64,000 nucleotides of DNA from Stegostoma tigrinum. Its lineage: Eukaryota. Position numbers and translations under genes: made by a program. Each line of letters begins with the position of its first letter. Within the stretch, counting starts at the first letter, position 1. The stretch covers positions 2,222,689 through 2,286,688 of the forward strand of contig NC_081369.1 in the NCBI RefSeq assembly GCF_030684315.1, written 5' to 3'. The notes under the pieces are model-generated. The model was not told where the DNA came from. It did not search any database and saw nothing but the letters and a program-made list of their open reading frames with translations. This document shows, piece after piece, positions 49,626-62,037 of this stretch.

Positions 49626-52600
49626 TGTTAAACACCTTCTGCTGTGACTCAGGATGCTGTCTCTGGTGTAGAAGTCACTGCTGTAAATGAAGCCCATAGG
49701 CTAAAATGATGAAAGAAAACAGAAATTGTTGGAAAAATTCAGCAGGTCTGACAGCATATGTGAAGGAGAAAACAAAGTTAACGTTTCGGGGCCAATGGCC
49801 CTTCCTTCTGAAACGTTAGCTCTGAGTTTTTTTCTTCACAGATGCTGGCAGACCTGCTGACCTTTCCCAGCAACTTCTGTTTGGTTTCCTGATTTACAGC
49901 ATCCATAGTTGTTTCATTTTTTTTTTGTTTAAAAGGATACAGTTTCACTCGTCACTCTTGATTTTTTTTTTTAATCGTCATTTATTGCTTCTTTTTCTTT
50001 GTTCTCATTCATAATTTAAGTGGACCCTTATTTTCTACATCATGGGCTCATGACTACATCTCTAATAACCATTTCATAAGCTGCGGATCTAGAAGATTTT
50101 ATGTGAATCATTCAAAAATGGAGCAATACTATTAGGATCAAGTAGCATGTTGCTGTTGATGTTTACAGTGAAGCCGGAGGTAGGGCTGTTCTTTCTCAGT
50201 TTGCACCTTGTGGCTAGTATTGCAGTGACAGTGTCCTGGATTTCAGACATGCCCTTTTTTGAGTTGTGGATCTTTGGCTAAAACCTAGCAATTATTTTTG
50301 TTGAGGAATAAGAAATTTTGCTGACAGGAAGTCCAATGCCTTTTTTCATATCAATTCATTGTAATTGTTCTAGCCACAATGTGCCATGAATGATGGTCTT
50401 GACTTCTGAGAGTAACACATCCATCACTTAAAGAGATATTGAGTGTGATTTTGAATGACAGTTCAGCAAGGGTGGGCAAGCAAGGGCCAGTGAATCATTG
50501 GAGGGGGTTTTGAGTTAATTATCTGAGTGGACACTCATCACGATCTGAATGATTTGAAGTTTGGTATTAGCTCTGGTGTTTGGCAAGGAATGCCTAACAA
50601 AAGATGGCTCCACAGGCATTTGTCCTGGCATCGATTTTCTTCAACACAGTCCAGGAACCTTTCTTCAATAAAATCATGGACCTTTTTGTGTCACCGACTT
50701 GATATTGCTGTCCAGTCTGAAGAGTTTCAGGAGACTGAGAAAACAATCATCATGATTTATATTCTCTTCAAGTTCACTTTAGGAAATTGAGATTTTGAAT
50801 GAATGTTGTAAAGTTTGCTATCTGAGCCTGCAAAATCCAAACAGAAACAGAAAAGTTTAGTTCTGTAGTCAAATATTTACCCCAGTAAGACTTCACTTAA
50901 AACATTTAATGTTTCCAAACTTTCTGTTCATATGTTAACTGATATGAATAATAGATATTGCTGATTCATGTGTGTAATTTGATTGTTGTAGATGGTGTGA
51001 TCATCAAGTATTTGCTGATTTCTGCAACAACATCAAAAGGATTGATATAATTGGTGCTAGGCCTCACCATAGTGAAACAATGTGTAGCAAAGAAAAAATG
51101 AGTGGGAAATTATTTAATATTTTCAAATGCACATTGTATAAATGCAGTGCCTATTTTAACTTTGTACCATATATCGAAATTTTCTCTATGCAACCAAATG
51201 GCTTAAACAATACAAAAACAACATTGCTGGAAAAGCTCAGCAGGTCTGGCAGCATCTGTGAAGAAAAATTCAGAGTTAATGTTTCAGGTTACCAGACCCA
51301 AAACGTTAACACTGATTTTTTTTCTTCACAGATGCTGCTAGGCCTGCTGAGCTTTTCTAGTAACTTTGTTTTTGTTCCTGATTTACAGCATCTGCAGTTC
51401 TTTCAGTTTTTATTTGGCTTAAATAATAGTTAGCTTGCCTCACAGTATCCGACGCATTGTTAAACATAGCTGCACACCCATCCTTTTAAGATGCGTGTTC
51501 CATCACAACCAGTTTGTCGACCACATTTCTCAAAGAAAACATGCTGCTTCATTGAATACAGTTTTCATCATGGCTGGTGTAATATTTGATCAATGGGACA
51601 CAATATTCAAATATCATCCAACATCCCACAGATACGGGCAAAGTGAATGTGCTTTATTACAAAAGGAAGATTACAAAAGGAACATTGTCTGAGATTCCTA
51701 CATTTTGGGAATTACTGTGCAGATTTCACAGTATTCCTTCATTGGTGAACAATCCCTTTCTGAATATCAAAATATTTCTGTACTCAAATATAGGGCTGTA
51801 TTTTTTCTGAGGAATGGCATTTTCACAAAGATTGGCAATATGACCCTTTTATTACAGATATAAGGGGCTCCCTAAATCTGAAAGGAGCTTCTGATCACAT
51901 ATCCATCAGAAACACTGAGCTCTGCTTCCATTCTATCAGTTCTCTGGTAGTGCAGAACAGTCAGGGAAAAGCAAACTATGCCCCCTTTTTCACAACAGTC
52001 ACCTGCCCTTTTCTGAAGTTTAGCTGTCCAGAATTACAGACAGTCACTTTTGCACCAGCTGTCAAGTGGCAGGTACCTAATGCAGTGTGAGGTTGAGGTG
52101 CTGAGATGGAATGCTGCCTTATAATGAGGTTAATATAGGGCGTCAGATAAATAGGGTGCCAAGTGGAATAGAATGGCAAACTGACATGAATTAGAGTGAT
52201 GGGTGGGAATTATGCAAAATGTGTATGAAGCCAAGTGGATTGGGGGCATTATGCTATGGTGTAGGGTGCCAAGTGGGTAGAATGCCAAATGGGGAGGGAA
52301 AATAGGGCGCCATATGAAGGATAGTGGAATAGCACATGGATAAGTGGAGAATGACATGGCAAACGTAGCTTGCAGACCATTTAAGTGACACAGTGCTTAC
52401 AGTACATCAGGATTATTGAAAAATTGGATTCAGCAGAGCATGGTGGGAGTGATTATTTTGTCCTAGGAGAGTCAGGGCTGCCTGTGGGAAGGGCATGGAT
52501 CGGTTCTGAGAGTGCCAGAGGCAGATCATGTCTGGAAGTGCAGTAAGAGGGATATCATGTCCCAAATGAGGAAGGGGGCAACATGTCCCAGGAAGGTGGA

Positions 52601-52749
52601 GTCAGATTAGGTTTGGAGTGGGGTAAGGGAAGTAGCTTGTTCAAAGCAGGTAATAGTGTTTGTGCCAAGCCTGGAGTAAGAAAAGAAGACTGCAGTTCCC
52701 TGTGCTGGGGAAGATGATCCTGAGCCTCATGGAGCACAGGCAGACTTTT

Positions 52750-53125
52750 TTAGTGGAGCATTAGAGGTTGCAGGGTGACCTTACAGAGGGTTGTAAAATC
52801 ATGAAGAGCATAGGTAAGTTGAATAGGAAAGGTCCTTTCCCTGGGATGGGGGAGCTCAAGGTGAGGGGAGGAAGATTTAAAAGAGACTTGAGGAACATCT
52901 TTTTCACACAGTGGGTGGTTCATATGTGAAAAGATCTGCTAGAGGAAGTGATAGATGCAAGCATAATTGCAACATGTAAAAGACATTTAAATAGGAAGTT
53001 GAATAGAACATGTTAAGATGGATATGGGCCAAGCACAGGCATGTGGGACTCATTTAGTTTGGGAAATTTAATTGAAATGGAATGATTGGAATGAAGTGTC
53101 TGTTTCTATGCTGTATGACTCTATA
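52750..53125 (+). mobile_element. CR1 3' end
   Basis: agggtgaccttacagagg...tttttcacacagtgggtggt...tgtatgactctat tail. Confidence 0.75.
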
Positions 53126-54494
53126 ATTCTGGTCAGAGAGGGAGAGGTGAGGCTATATCTGGAGTAGGGAAAAATGGGTGATGAGTTCAGATTTAGGGAA
53201 GACAGGAGCATGAGGTATAGTCTGGAGGAAAGGAGTTTCATGGGTGTGGAGGCAGGTCTGCTTCAGAGATGGTAATCACGGACAGCATCCTGCAGAGGAG
53301 CCACATCTGGCCCATTGTGGGGAATGTGTGGTAGCTGGGTCCGAACCAGGAAAAGTCAGGCCCTGAAGAAGGAGCCGTTCCAGGCAACCTCATTTGTCAT
53401 TTCCACAGGCCAACACGGTGTCAGGCACCAGGCAAAGGAAGGCAATTTTCAATCAGAATCTCTGATGATATGTTGCCTGGAGAGTGTGTTAGGTAAATAA
53501 GATGTCAATTGTACTGTTTTTCAGGAGTTGGACCATATATCCAATCATGTGAAGTTTTATGAGATAGTCTGTGTTTATTTTAATCAGAAATCTCCAAATT
53601 TGATTTAAGTGGATGCTTTCAGAAGGTTCCAAGTATAGAGGAATTTCCTGGTGGAATCTTCAATTTCCTGCCAACCTTTTGGAATCTACTATGTTGGGTG
53701 TTCCACAGTGTCCCCATGCTCAGCTCCCATCCATGATGAAATGCCAATTATCCAACATTGGAAAATCTTGGCCAATTTTTTAAAAAAATGTGATGTGTGG
53801 ATTATGTTATGATTTACATTAAGCATGTCAGAATTGCATTTCCTTGATTGCCATTCATTTTAAACTTTATTTCTTACCAATAGTGAAAAACGATGATGAA
53901 AATCCAATAATGTTGCACATAAAGCAAGTTTCTTTACACAAAGTACAACCATGTATAACCAAAATGTATTTTGTGCAATAGCCATATTTTATTTTGCTGC
54001 TGTGAATATCAACATAAAATAGTGCATGTTTTATTCAACGATCATGCAAAGACAAAGGATTGAAACAAAAACACCAATAAATCAGATGATGTCTGATGTA
54101 GTTGTAATATTTTGGCTGTGAACATACTAATTAAGAGCTTGTACAAAATAAAATGTTTGCTATTGCCTCTTATGAAAGGAAACTGCTGTAATGTGCTTCG
54201 TCTGTCTGTGGTATTGTCCAAAACACAGATATTGGCTTTTTTCGTCCAACTGACATTTATTTATATGGCCATTCAGACCTTACCATTTCAAGCAGGAATT
54301 GACAATAGTTACCGTTATCAATGATGCTGACAGATGCAGAATTAATTTAACATTTTTCTAATGTTGCATGTTGACAACACCAGTTTTGTGACCTTTTTGA
54401 TGTACCCTAGGCCAACTGAAGGAAGTAGATCAAGATTTAAGAACATCTGATGCAATACTGTTCTTTGCTTCGGTTGCCTTCATCTCAGTTCATA

Positions 54495-54880
54495 GACTCA
54501 GACAATCATATAGCACAGAAACAGATCTATTGGTCCAACCATCCATGCCAAACATAATTCCAAACTAAACCAACCTGCCTGCTCCTGTCGCACATCCCTC
54601 CAAACCTTTCCTATTCATGAAATTATCCAGATGTCTTTTAAATGTTGTATTCATACCCCATCCACCTCTTCCTCAGAAAGTTCATTCCACACATCTTTTA
54701 TGTAAAAAATTTGCCTTTCATGTCTTTTTCTAATCTCTTTCCTCTCACCTTAAAAATGTGCCCTTAGTCTTGAAATACCCCATCCCAGGGAAAAGACAAC
54801 TACCATTAAATATATCTATACTCCTCATTATTTTATAAACTTCTATAAGGTGGCCTCTCAACCTCCTATGCTCCAGTGGG
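54495..54880 (-). mobile_element. CR1 3' end
   Basis: Same subfamily as 46850-47280 (cataattccaaact...cctgcctgctcct). Confidence 0.75.
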
Positions 54881-56367
54881 AGATATTTAGGAATTTAAAT
54901 AAAATGGAAAATTCAGCCCCCAACTATTTGGATTGAATTTATCAGCTCCTTCCGTGAACTGTGGGGTTAAGCAGATCTGAAGGAGCTTACTCTTAACTTG
55001 AGGGTTATTTGTCCATCATTCATGTATAGTGAAATTGATTCAGAGAAATTTGTGGGCATGAAGTCATAGCTATCCAATATCATCAGGTTACCATTCCCAC
55101 AAAAGGAAGAAAATTTCCAGGTCAAAGAATGTTCTTCTCATCACAGCTCAATCACAGGAAGTTTTCATGCATTTTCAGCAATGAATCACAGAGGAAGACA
55201 GAATATTTTCTTTCATGCAACAGCATTGTGTAAGATCATCAAAAATGTTTTCACACAATTGACAATTATATATAGCATTGATAAGGCCATGTTTTTAGTA
55301 TTATTGAAGTTTTAGCACCATGCCTGAAGGGACAACATGCTTAACATTGGTGGAATGCAACTCATGTAAACTAGGCTGGTTGCTGGAATAAAAGGATAAT
55401 ATTATTAGAGAAGATTGTGTAGAGTGGTCTGACATTTCCTGGTGATTTGTTGAATAAAATGTGAATGAGTTGAAAACTGAATGCTTTGTAAGGAATTTGA
55501 CAGATTTATGGAAGGAATTTTTCCCCTTGGTTGGGTTGTCCAGAATATGTGTTGATATTCACAGTATTTACACAGTATTCACAGACATTCATAGATTTAC
55601 AATTGAGGGGAAGGGGCATGTCTTTGTTCAGAAGGTTTGGACTAATAGGGATTTTGGATCACATAGAGATTTGGATGTTCACACGTTGACGAGACTCAAG
55701 AAATGTATCTGAGCTTTAGTGTTTGTAAGTAATTAAGGGTATCATGTGAAAAAGTGGATCAAAGATGAAAGAACAGTAGGGATTATTCGGGGGTGGAGCA
55801 GACAGCAAGGGCCAAATAGTATACTCCTGCTTTATTTCTCACAGTCAATTAATAAACATGCTTCAAGGAGATTTATGGACATATCAGTTTTATTGGTATC
55901 CATAACTACAATTCCTTGTTCTGTTTACCCCATCAATTTTATACTTAATGTGACAGAAACAGGGAGAAGGATGGACATCGGTGTAAATTTACATATATAT
56001 AACATTTTTTCCAACTGTCCAAAGAACTGATGCATTGATGCTTTATGCTGCACTAAATATGAACAATTTACAGAAGGCCCCAAGACTAAGGCATGAAGAA
56101 ATGACAGTATATGCCCAGGTAGGGAAAGACTCAGAACATAATAACATGACATAACTGTCATTAAGAACCTATTGGAGCTCAGTGCCTATAATATCTATAA
56201 TTTTACTTATTAAAAACCTGTTGCACTTGCTCTAATTCAAAGAGACACTGTCTATTTTAATTGCTCTTCCTAGCATTTGAATCCAAATGACTAAAAATTG
56301 AACAAATGATATTCTGAAAATTGTTTTCACTGACAAGGACAAGATCTCAGGATAATAAAGTGACCTA

Positions 56368-56606
56368 AGATAACAAGGTGTCGAACTGGATTAACACAGA
56401 AGGCCAAGCAGCCTTAGAGGAGCAGTAAAGCTGACGTTTCAGGCCGAGACCCTTCTTCAGAAAACTTTCATACCCTTTTTCTAAAGAAGGGCCTAAGCCC
56501 AAAACGTCAGCCTTTCTGCACCTCTGATTCTGCTTGGCCTGCTGTGTTTAACCAGCTCTACACCTTGTTATCTCAGATTCTCTAGCATCTGCAGTTCCTA
56601 TTCTCC
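56368..56606. mobile_element. Fold-back Penelope terminal-repeat insertion
   Basis: Inverted arms; degenerate TSD ataaagtgaccta / ataaaattaccta. Confidence 0.75.
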
Positions 56607-57319
56607 ATAAAATTACCTATGCTGCTTTAGGCTTGCCAGCCTCCAGGAAAACAGAGAAAACAAATTCCAAGGAAAAGAGTACAGAGTACACTCAGGTTTG
56701 GTTGGAAAAACAATGACAACCATTTCAATAAATGCAATAAAAGGCCAGATTAAGTTAATTGCAAGACTTTTTGCCTGTTGTGTACATTGACATTTAGGTC
56801 GACTAACCTTTAATATGTCGAAAACAGGGCATATTGCATTCTGATTACTGAATGATTGCAGTTGGTCTGTAAGAAGATTTCATTTTGTACAAATGTAATT
56901 TATTTGTAGTTTACAGCAGGTTTTTAACTATAATTTACAGTTTAGATTTTGCATTCCCAGCCTAAATAAGGCTCTGTAACTAGGAAAATGAAGTGGTGTG
57001 CAGATTATTTTGCATTTAACACATTTTTTCAGCTTTCAGGAATTGAGACACATTCTGCTAAAACAAAAGTCGTTAATTATTTGTTAAAAGCAAAATAAAC
57101 ACAAAAGGTGCTCAGAGAAACTCAGCAGATCTGGCATCATCTATGGAGACAGATTATTTGGTGAGCGGCTGTGAAAGAAGGAAACAAAGTTTCAACAATC
57201 ATGTAGTAACCGAATTAATAAAAAGAAAATTAAGAAAGTAAACATATAATTGTGTAAAACATGTTTTATTTATTAATAAACATAACAATGTTATGTTTGA
57301 ATGGGAATGTGACACATCC

Positions 57320-57885
57320 TAGTCTCGCCTACTCATGGAAACATCTTCTACGCGTCCACTTTATCTGGGCCTCACACTATACTGGTAATTTCAATCCGAT
57401 CCCCACTCATTGATCTAAACTCCTTTGAATACAGATGCAGAGCCCTCGACCACTCTGCATATGACAAGCCCTTCATCCCAGCATCATTTTTATAATCCTC
57501 GTCTGGACCACCCCATCCCTGCCACCCTCCCCAACACATTCTTCCTAAGACACAGAGCCCAAAATTGCTCACAATATTCCATATGTAGTCTGACCATACC
57601 CTTATATACAACCTAGCAGTGTATCACTGCTCACATATTCCAGATTTCTTGAAATGAATGCTAACATTGTATTTGTCTTCCTACTGCCAACTAAAGTGAA
57701 TCTTGAACAAGAACCCCCAAGACCCTTTATGCTACAGAATTCCAAACACTTTACCCACTTATAAAGTAGGCCATGCACTGTATTCTTCCGGCCAAAGTGC
57801 ATAACTTGACACTTTCACATGTTGTATTCCACCTGGCATTGCATGGCACACTCTCCTAACATATCCAAGTTCTTCTGCAGCCTGC
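57320..57885 (-). mobile_element. CR1 RT fragment
   Basis: MHFGRKN and LAFISRNLEY motifs. Confidence 0.75.
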
Positions 57886-58234
57886 AAATGAAAACTGCTC
57901 TGATGAAGAGGCATCTAGACTTGAAACATTGGCATGCTTTCTCTCCATGGATGCTACCTGACATGCTATGATCCCCAGCATTTTTTTGTTATCAGTCCAG
58001 ATTCCAGCATCTGCAATAATTTGCTCCCTCTGCAGCCTCCCCATTTCTTCACTACTACCTGCTCCTTAACAAATCTGCAACCATCTTCAGCCAAAAGTCC
58101 TGACTGGATGATACATCTCAGCCTTCTCCAGAGTTCCTCAGCATCATAAGTGCCATTCTTCAGCCAATTCTCTTCCCTACACAAGGTATGAACTAACTCA
58201 GAAAATGAACCAAGGCAGAGTGAATTCAGCTGTG

Positions 58235-58236
<2 letters not shown>

Positions 58237-58278
<42 letters not shown>

Positions 58279-58303
58279 TGTGAGTGTGTGTTTATGTGTC
58301 TGT
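58237..58303. repeat. (TG)n microsatellite
   Basis: Direct TG run. Confidence 0.95.
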
Positions 58304-58788
58304 GACATTTACAGATCTCAGCAGAAGGAGATTACTATTGGTGGTATATGTGCAATAATTGATACAGCCCTGAGTTTAAATATCTTTAACACAACTGGGT
58401 CAAGCAGCTACTTCCCAGTGTTGACAGATAAACTGTCAATGAACACGTGGAGCAGCTTTACATGTTGCTAGGAATGATGTACATTTGGTTTGTAATCTTA
58501 TGTTCAATTCTATCCTACACTTCTGTTCAATTTTGTAATAAACAAGTTCATTTGCATAATCGTCTTCTGTTAGGTCATAAATGCAGTGTGTTCAATTGGA
58601 TAATGCGTTTTTCATCATTTGTATAAACCTCAAGCCCATTAAGCTTGCTGACTGTACGTGTTTGTTTTAGCTTCATTAAATTTCTACAAAAGTCATTTGT
58701 GTACTAATCTTGAGTTCTTTTATGCAAACATATGTGTTAATTTGTAAAAAAAAAACTTTTGTTTATTTGTGTTGTAAATGTGGCTGCT

Positions 58789-59166
58789 TCAGGTTTGAAA
58801 CTGCAGCTTTCTGCCGGTGTACATTCCAAGTCTAGATTCAGTGGGGAGGTGGGGGCAGGGGAGAAGGACAGGGACAGACTGGGACAGTCCTGGGCTAAAC
58901 TGTTGGCCTGTTGCTTTCTCTGAAACCCCTCTGATCCCACAATGGTGATGGTTGGTGTGACAGACCTGGAAGTAATTAAATCCGACTCTGTTAGCCATTA
59001 TTCTCTTACCATGTGAACGGCCCAAGGATGAGTATCTGTATGTTGCTGTCTCTCTGTCTGTGTTTGTGAACAAATGGGCCATACTGGAATCTAAAACATT
59101 CGATCCTACAAGGCACCCTAAAGCAGCCATGCTGCCACTATAAAGATCCTGGAACAGAGTCTGTCC
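58789..59166 (-). CDS. Candidate exon of an unidentified minus-strand gene
   Basis: Strong acceptor ctctctctctgtctcccatcag| before 59166. Phase-0 frame is open either to a donor ATG|GTAAGA at 59010 or through to the stop at 58789, with AATAAA ~25 nt later. No recognisable homology. Confidence 0.3.
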   Translation of the reverse strand, partial: GQTLFQDLYSGSMAALGCLVGSNVLDSSMAHLFTNTDRETATYRYSSLGRSHGKRIMANRVGFNYFQVCHTNHHHCGIRGVSEKATGQQFSPGLSQSVPVLLPCPHLPTESRLGMYTGRKLQFQT

Positions 59167-59264
59167 CTGATGGGAGACAGAGAGAGAGCTGGGACTAGCT
59201 GCAATAGTGGGTATTGCTTGTTTAGTTTCTCCATGTGGTCTCCTTGCACACATTTGTCTCTGCT

Positions 59265-59408
59265 TCACTTTTCCTCTTCTCTCACTTTCTCTCTCCCTTT
59301 TTCTCTCACCCTGTTCCTCTCTCTCCCTCTGTTTCTCTCTCTCTGCCTCTGTTTCTCTCTCTCTGCCTCTATTTCTCTCTATTTCTTCATTTCTCTTTGC
59401 CTCTCCTC
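59265..59408. repeat. CT-rich low-complexity tract
   Basis: Degenerate (CT)n. Confidence 0.85.
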
Positions 59409-60239
59409 ACCAAACGCCCACTGACATCCCCTTCACCCGTTAGCCCTCAACTTATCCCTCCCTGGCTCAACACCACCACCACGCTCCCCCCCCCACCACA
59501 ATGCTGACAACCCCCTCCCTTGATTGTCGCTCCCAACTTCTGGCCCCCCAACTTCCCTTGTGCTGTTTTGCCCCCATTCAGCATCCTTTCTGCCCCCAAA
59601 CCACTCTCTGTTACCCCTCCTGTGCATAAAAACCCCTCTTTACCTTCATCTGTGTACTAATTCCCCCCACCCAGCCCCTCACTGAGCCCCATGCCCTGGG
59701 CCAGGCGCAAATAAGTTTGTGCAGACTGATTGGCCTGTGACAGACTGCCTCAGTGTACAGCAAGATACCAATCGCAGACAAACAAGTCCCAAGACACAGA
59801 AAGAGGCTTTCCAGCCTATCATGCCCACCACACCCATTAACTATTCCGAGTCCTGCCCAGCTCCTCAGGATATGCCCTTGAGCCGCCTCATTGAACACCG
59901 TTCCAGTAGAGACAACTCTTCCTTGAGACTCCTCCTGCCCCGCAGTCTGCCCCTTCTGCCCCACCCCAGCTCTCTCTCTCTCTTGCTCTCTCTCATAAAG
60001 CAGTCCCTCCTTGTCTGGGCTCACCCCAAGCACTTTCCTCCCTCAGGTCTTTTTGTCTCTTCCCTGTTGACCACTCTTCCTGTAAGGAACTCAGGGGCAT
60101 ATCCTTTGTTCAACTGTCCTCCCCCTCAAGGTCCTAGCCCCTGTGGTGGAGGACACAATGAATATGTGCAGAAACTAACTGATTTTTGACTGACCACTAT
60201 GATACACAGCAAGATCCCAGTTTTAAGCTGTCACCTGTC

Positions 60240-61620
60240 ACACCCCCTTCAGTTCACACCTTCGCTAAATATTTTGCATGACCAATTGCATGTCCTGCCA
60301 ATATGCGTCACCCTAAATATTGTCCCTCTCCAAGCAGTACAGCCCCTCAAATTATGTAAACTTTCCCAAAATTGCTGCACTCTCCAAGTTTTGTGACCCC
60401 CCCCCCCAAATGTGCCTGTCCCCAATTTTGCAGTCTGTCTCGTAAGTTTTGCAACTTACCCCCAATTTTGCTGCCCTCCAGCAAAACTTTGCAAACCCCA
60501 AATTTTGCAGCCCCGGCCAACATTCATATCATCCACGTCAAATTGCCACCCTTCTGTACAGCTTCGTCACCCCTAAAATTACCCCTTCTATTTTTTTGTG
60601 CCTGTACAAGTTTGCATTAGCCCACCAATTTTGCACCTCCCCAACATTTGCACATTCTCAGATTTTGACCCATATTTTGCAGCCACTAAAATTTTGCAAT
60701 TTTCCTGCACCCTCTCATTTTGCCCCCTCCCACAATTTTGTGCCTCTCAACTTTGATTCACAAATTTGGGGGTGGGTTTCAAAACTAGGATAGGTACATG
60801 ATTGCCCTCATTTTATACCTACATATTTTTGTGCCCCCACCCAAATTTTCTATGCCCCCAGGTCCTCAAATTTTACACCTGGTCCAATTGTGCAACATCC
60901 TCTCCCCATGTTTTTGAGCCCCCAAGCTTTGTGTGACCAGCCCAAACTCTGCCAATCCAACTGCTGTCCCTCTCCAACTATTTTGCACAATCAAATTTTG
61001 CCCTGCACCCAAATGTTTAGCTCCCTCAAATATTTCCCCCTCTTTGCACCCATATAATAGCCCTCATCTGCAACTTTACCCTCCCAAAGTGCAACATACC
61101 CCCATTGTTCACCCCGCTCCTTTCTGCTGTTCCTCCATGACAACCCACCCCAGCTTTACGATGGCAGATACAGTGACTATGTACAAGACCGACTGACATT
61201 TTGACTGACTACCTTACTGCACAACAAGATCCTAGTCACCTGGTATCCCCTGCCTCTGTCCCCATCACTGAGAAATGTACTTTATCTAACCCCCATCCAG
61301 ATTTCACCCCACCAAAATTTGCAAGTGCCCACAGTATGCACCAACCCACAATTTCCACCCCATGTACAGTGCCATTCCCAAGTTTTGCAGCATCCACCTC
61401 CCAATTTTTCTGCGCTCCCCAAGTTTTATGTCTCCCCAGTTATGCCTCTCTGAATACTGTGTCTGCTCCCAATTATGCAGCCTCATAATTTGTGGCCCCA
61501 CCCAAATTTTTTCCCGCACAACTTGCAGCCCTGTTAATTTTGCAACACCCCACACAAAGTTTACACACCTGCCCATTTTGCAGACACCATCAACTTTCAA
61601 GTCAGCTCCCAGTCTTTTAT
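60240..61620. repeat. Degenerate C-rich minisatellite (aaattttgca...cccc units)
   Basis: Recurrent ttttgca / ccccaaatttt words every ~15-30 nt. Confidence 0.65.
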
Positions 61621-61800
61621 CTCTCCCCGTGCAGCGGCATTTCCCCTCATTGTGCCCCCATTCCAAAGTTCTTCCATGATCCCTATACTGAATATATGAG
61701 CCCCTTTGTACCTCCATCCATGCACAATATCCTTCCCCTACCAACCTTGCTGAGTGCCAGCACTTGGGCCAGAGGGCACAGTGAACATGTGCAGAAGTTA

Positions 61801-62037
61801 AGATAACTAGGTGTGGAGCTGGATGAACACAACAGGCCGAGCAGCATCAGAAGGCTCCGATCTGCCAAGGTTTTCTCATGCCACATTATAGCTCTCCCAA
61901 ACCCTTCATTTCTGAAGAAGGGTCTAGGCCCAAAAGATCAGCCTTCCTGCTCCTCTGACGCTGCTTGGCCTGCTGTGCTCATCCAGCTGTACATCTTATT
62001 ATCTCAGATTCTCCAGCATCTGCAGTTCCTACTGTCT
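61801..62037. mobile_element. Fold-back Penelope terminal-repeat insertion with captured CR1 sequence
   Basis: Inverted arms; TSD catgtgcagaagtta / catgtgcagaggcta; central 47 bp copied from CR1. Confidence 0.8.

Larger units (their letters stand above)
44766..51101 (+). pseudogene. VJ-C1 receptor gene 2 (paralog of gene 1), pseudogene
   Basis: Leader 44766-44820 (MFMTIALFCLFVLASVYT, donor GC instead of GT). VJ exon 44978-45297 (frameshift near 45035, TAG at 45138, GMYYC...NGTGSELTVW, donor CT). C1 exon 46479-46789 (acceptor GG, LCSKSPFYPKNV, internal stop and frameshift, YTCMVSHNTL, donor GTAAGA). TM exon 50992-51101 (DGVIIKYLLISATTSKGLI*LVLGLTIVKQCVAKKK*). Confidence 0.88.

Noticed and set aside
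58059-58176. Second minus-strand exon candidate (REENWLKNGTYDAEEL...)
   Set aside because: Open only in phase 2, incompatible with the phase-1 donor at 59010, and no recognisable homology.
59170-61806. Multiple overlapping 60-160 aa ORFs
   Set aside because: Products of low-complexity CT-rich and C-rich repeat sequence with no domain signature.
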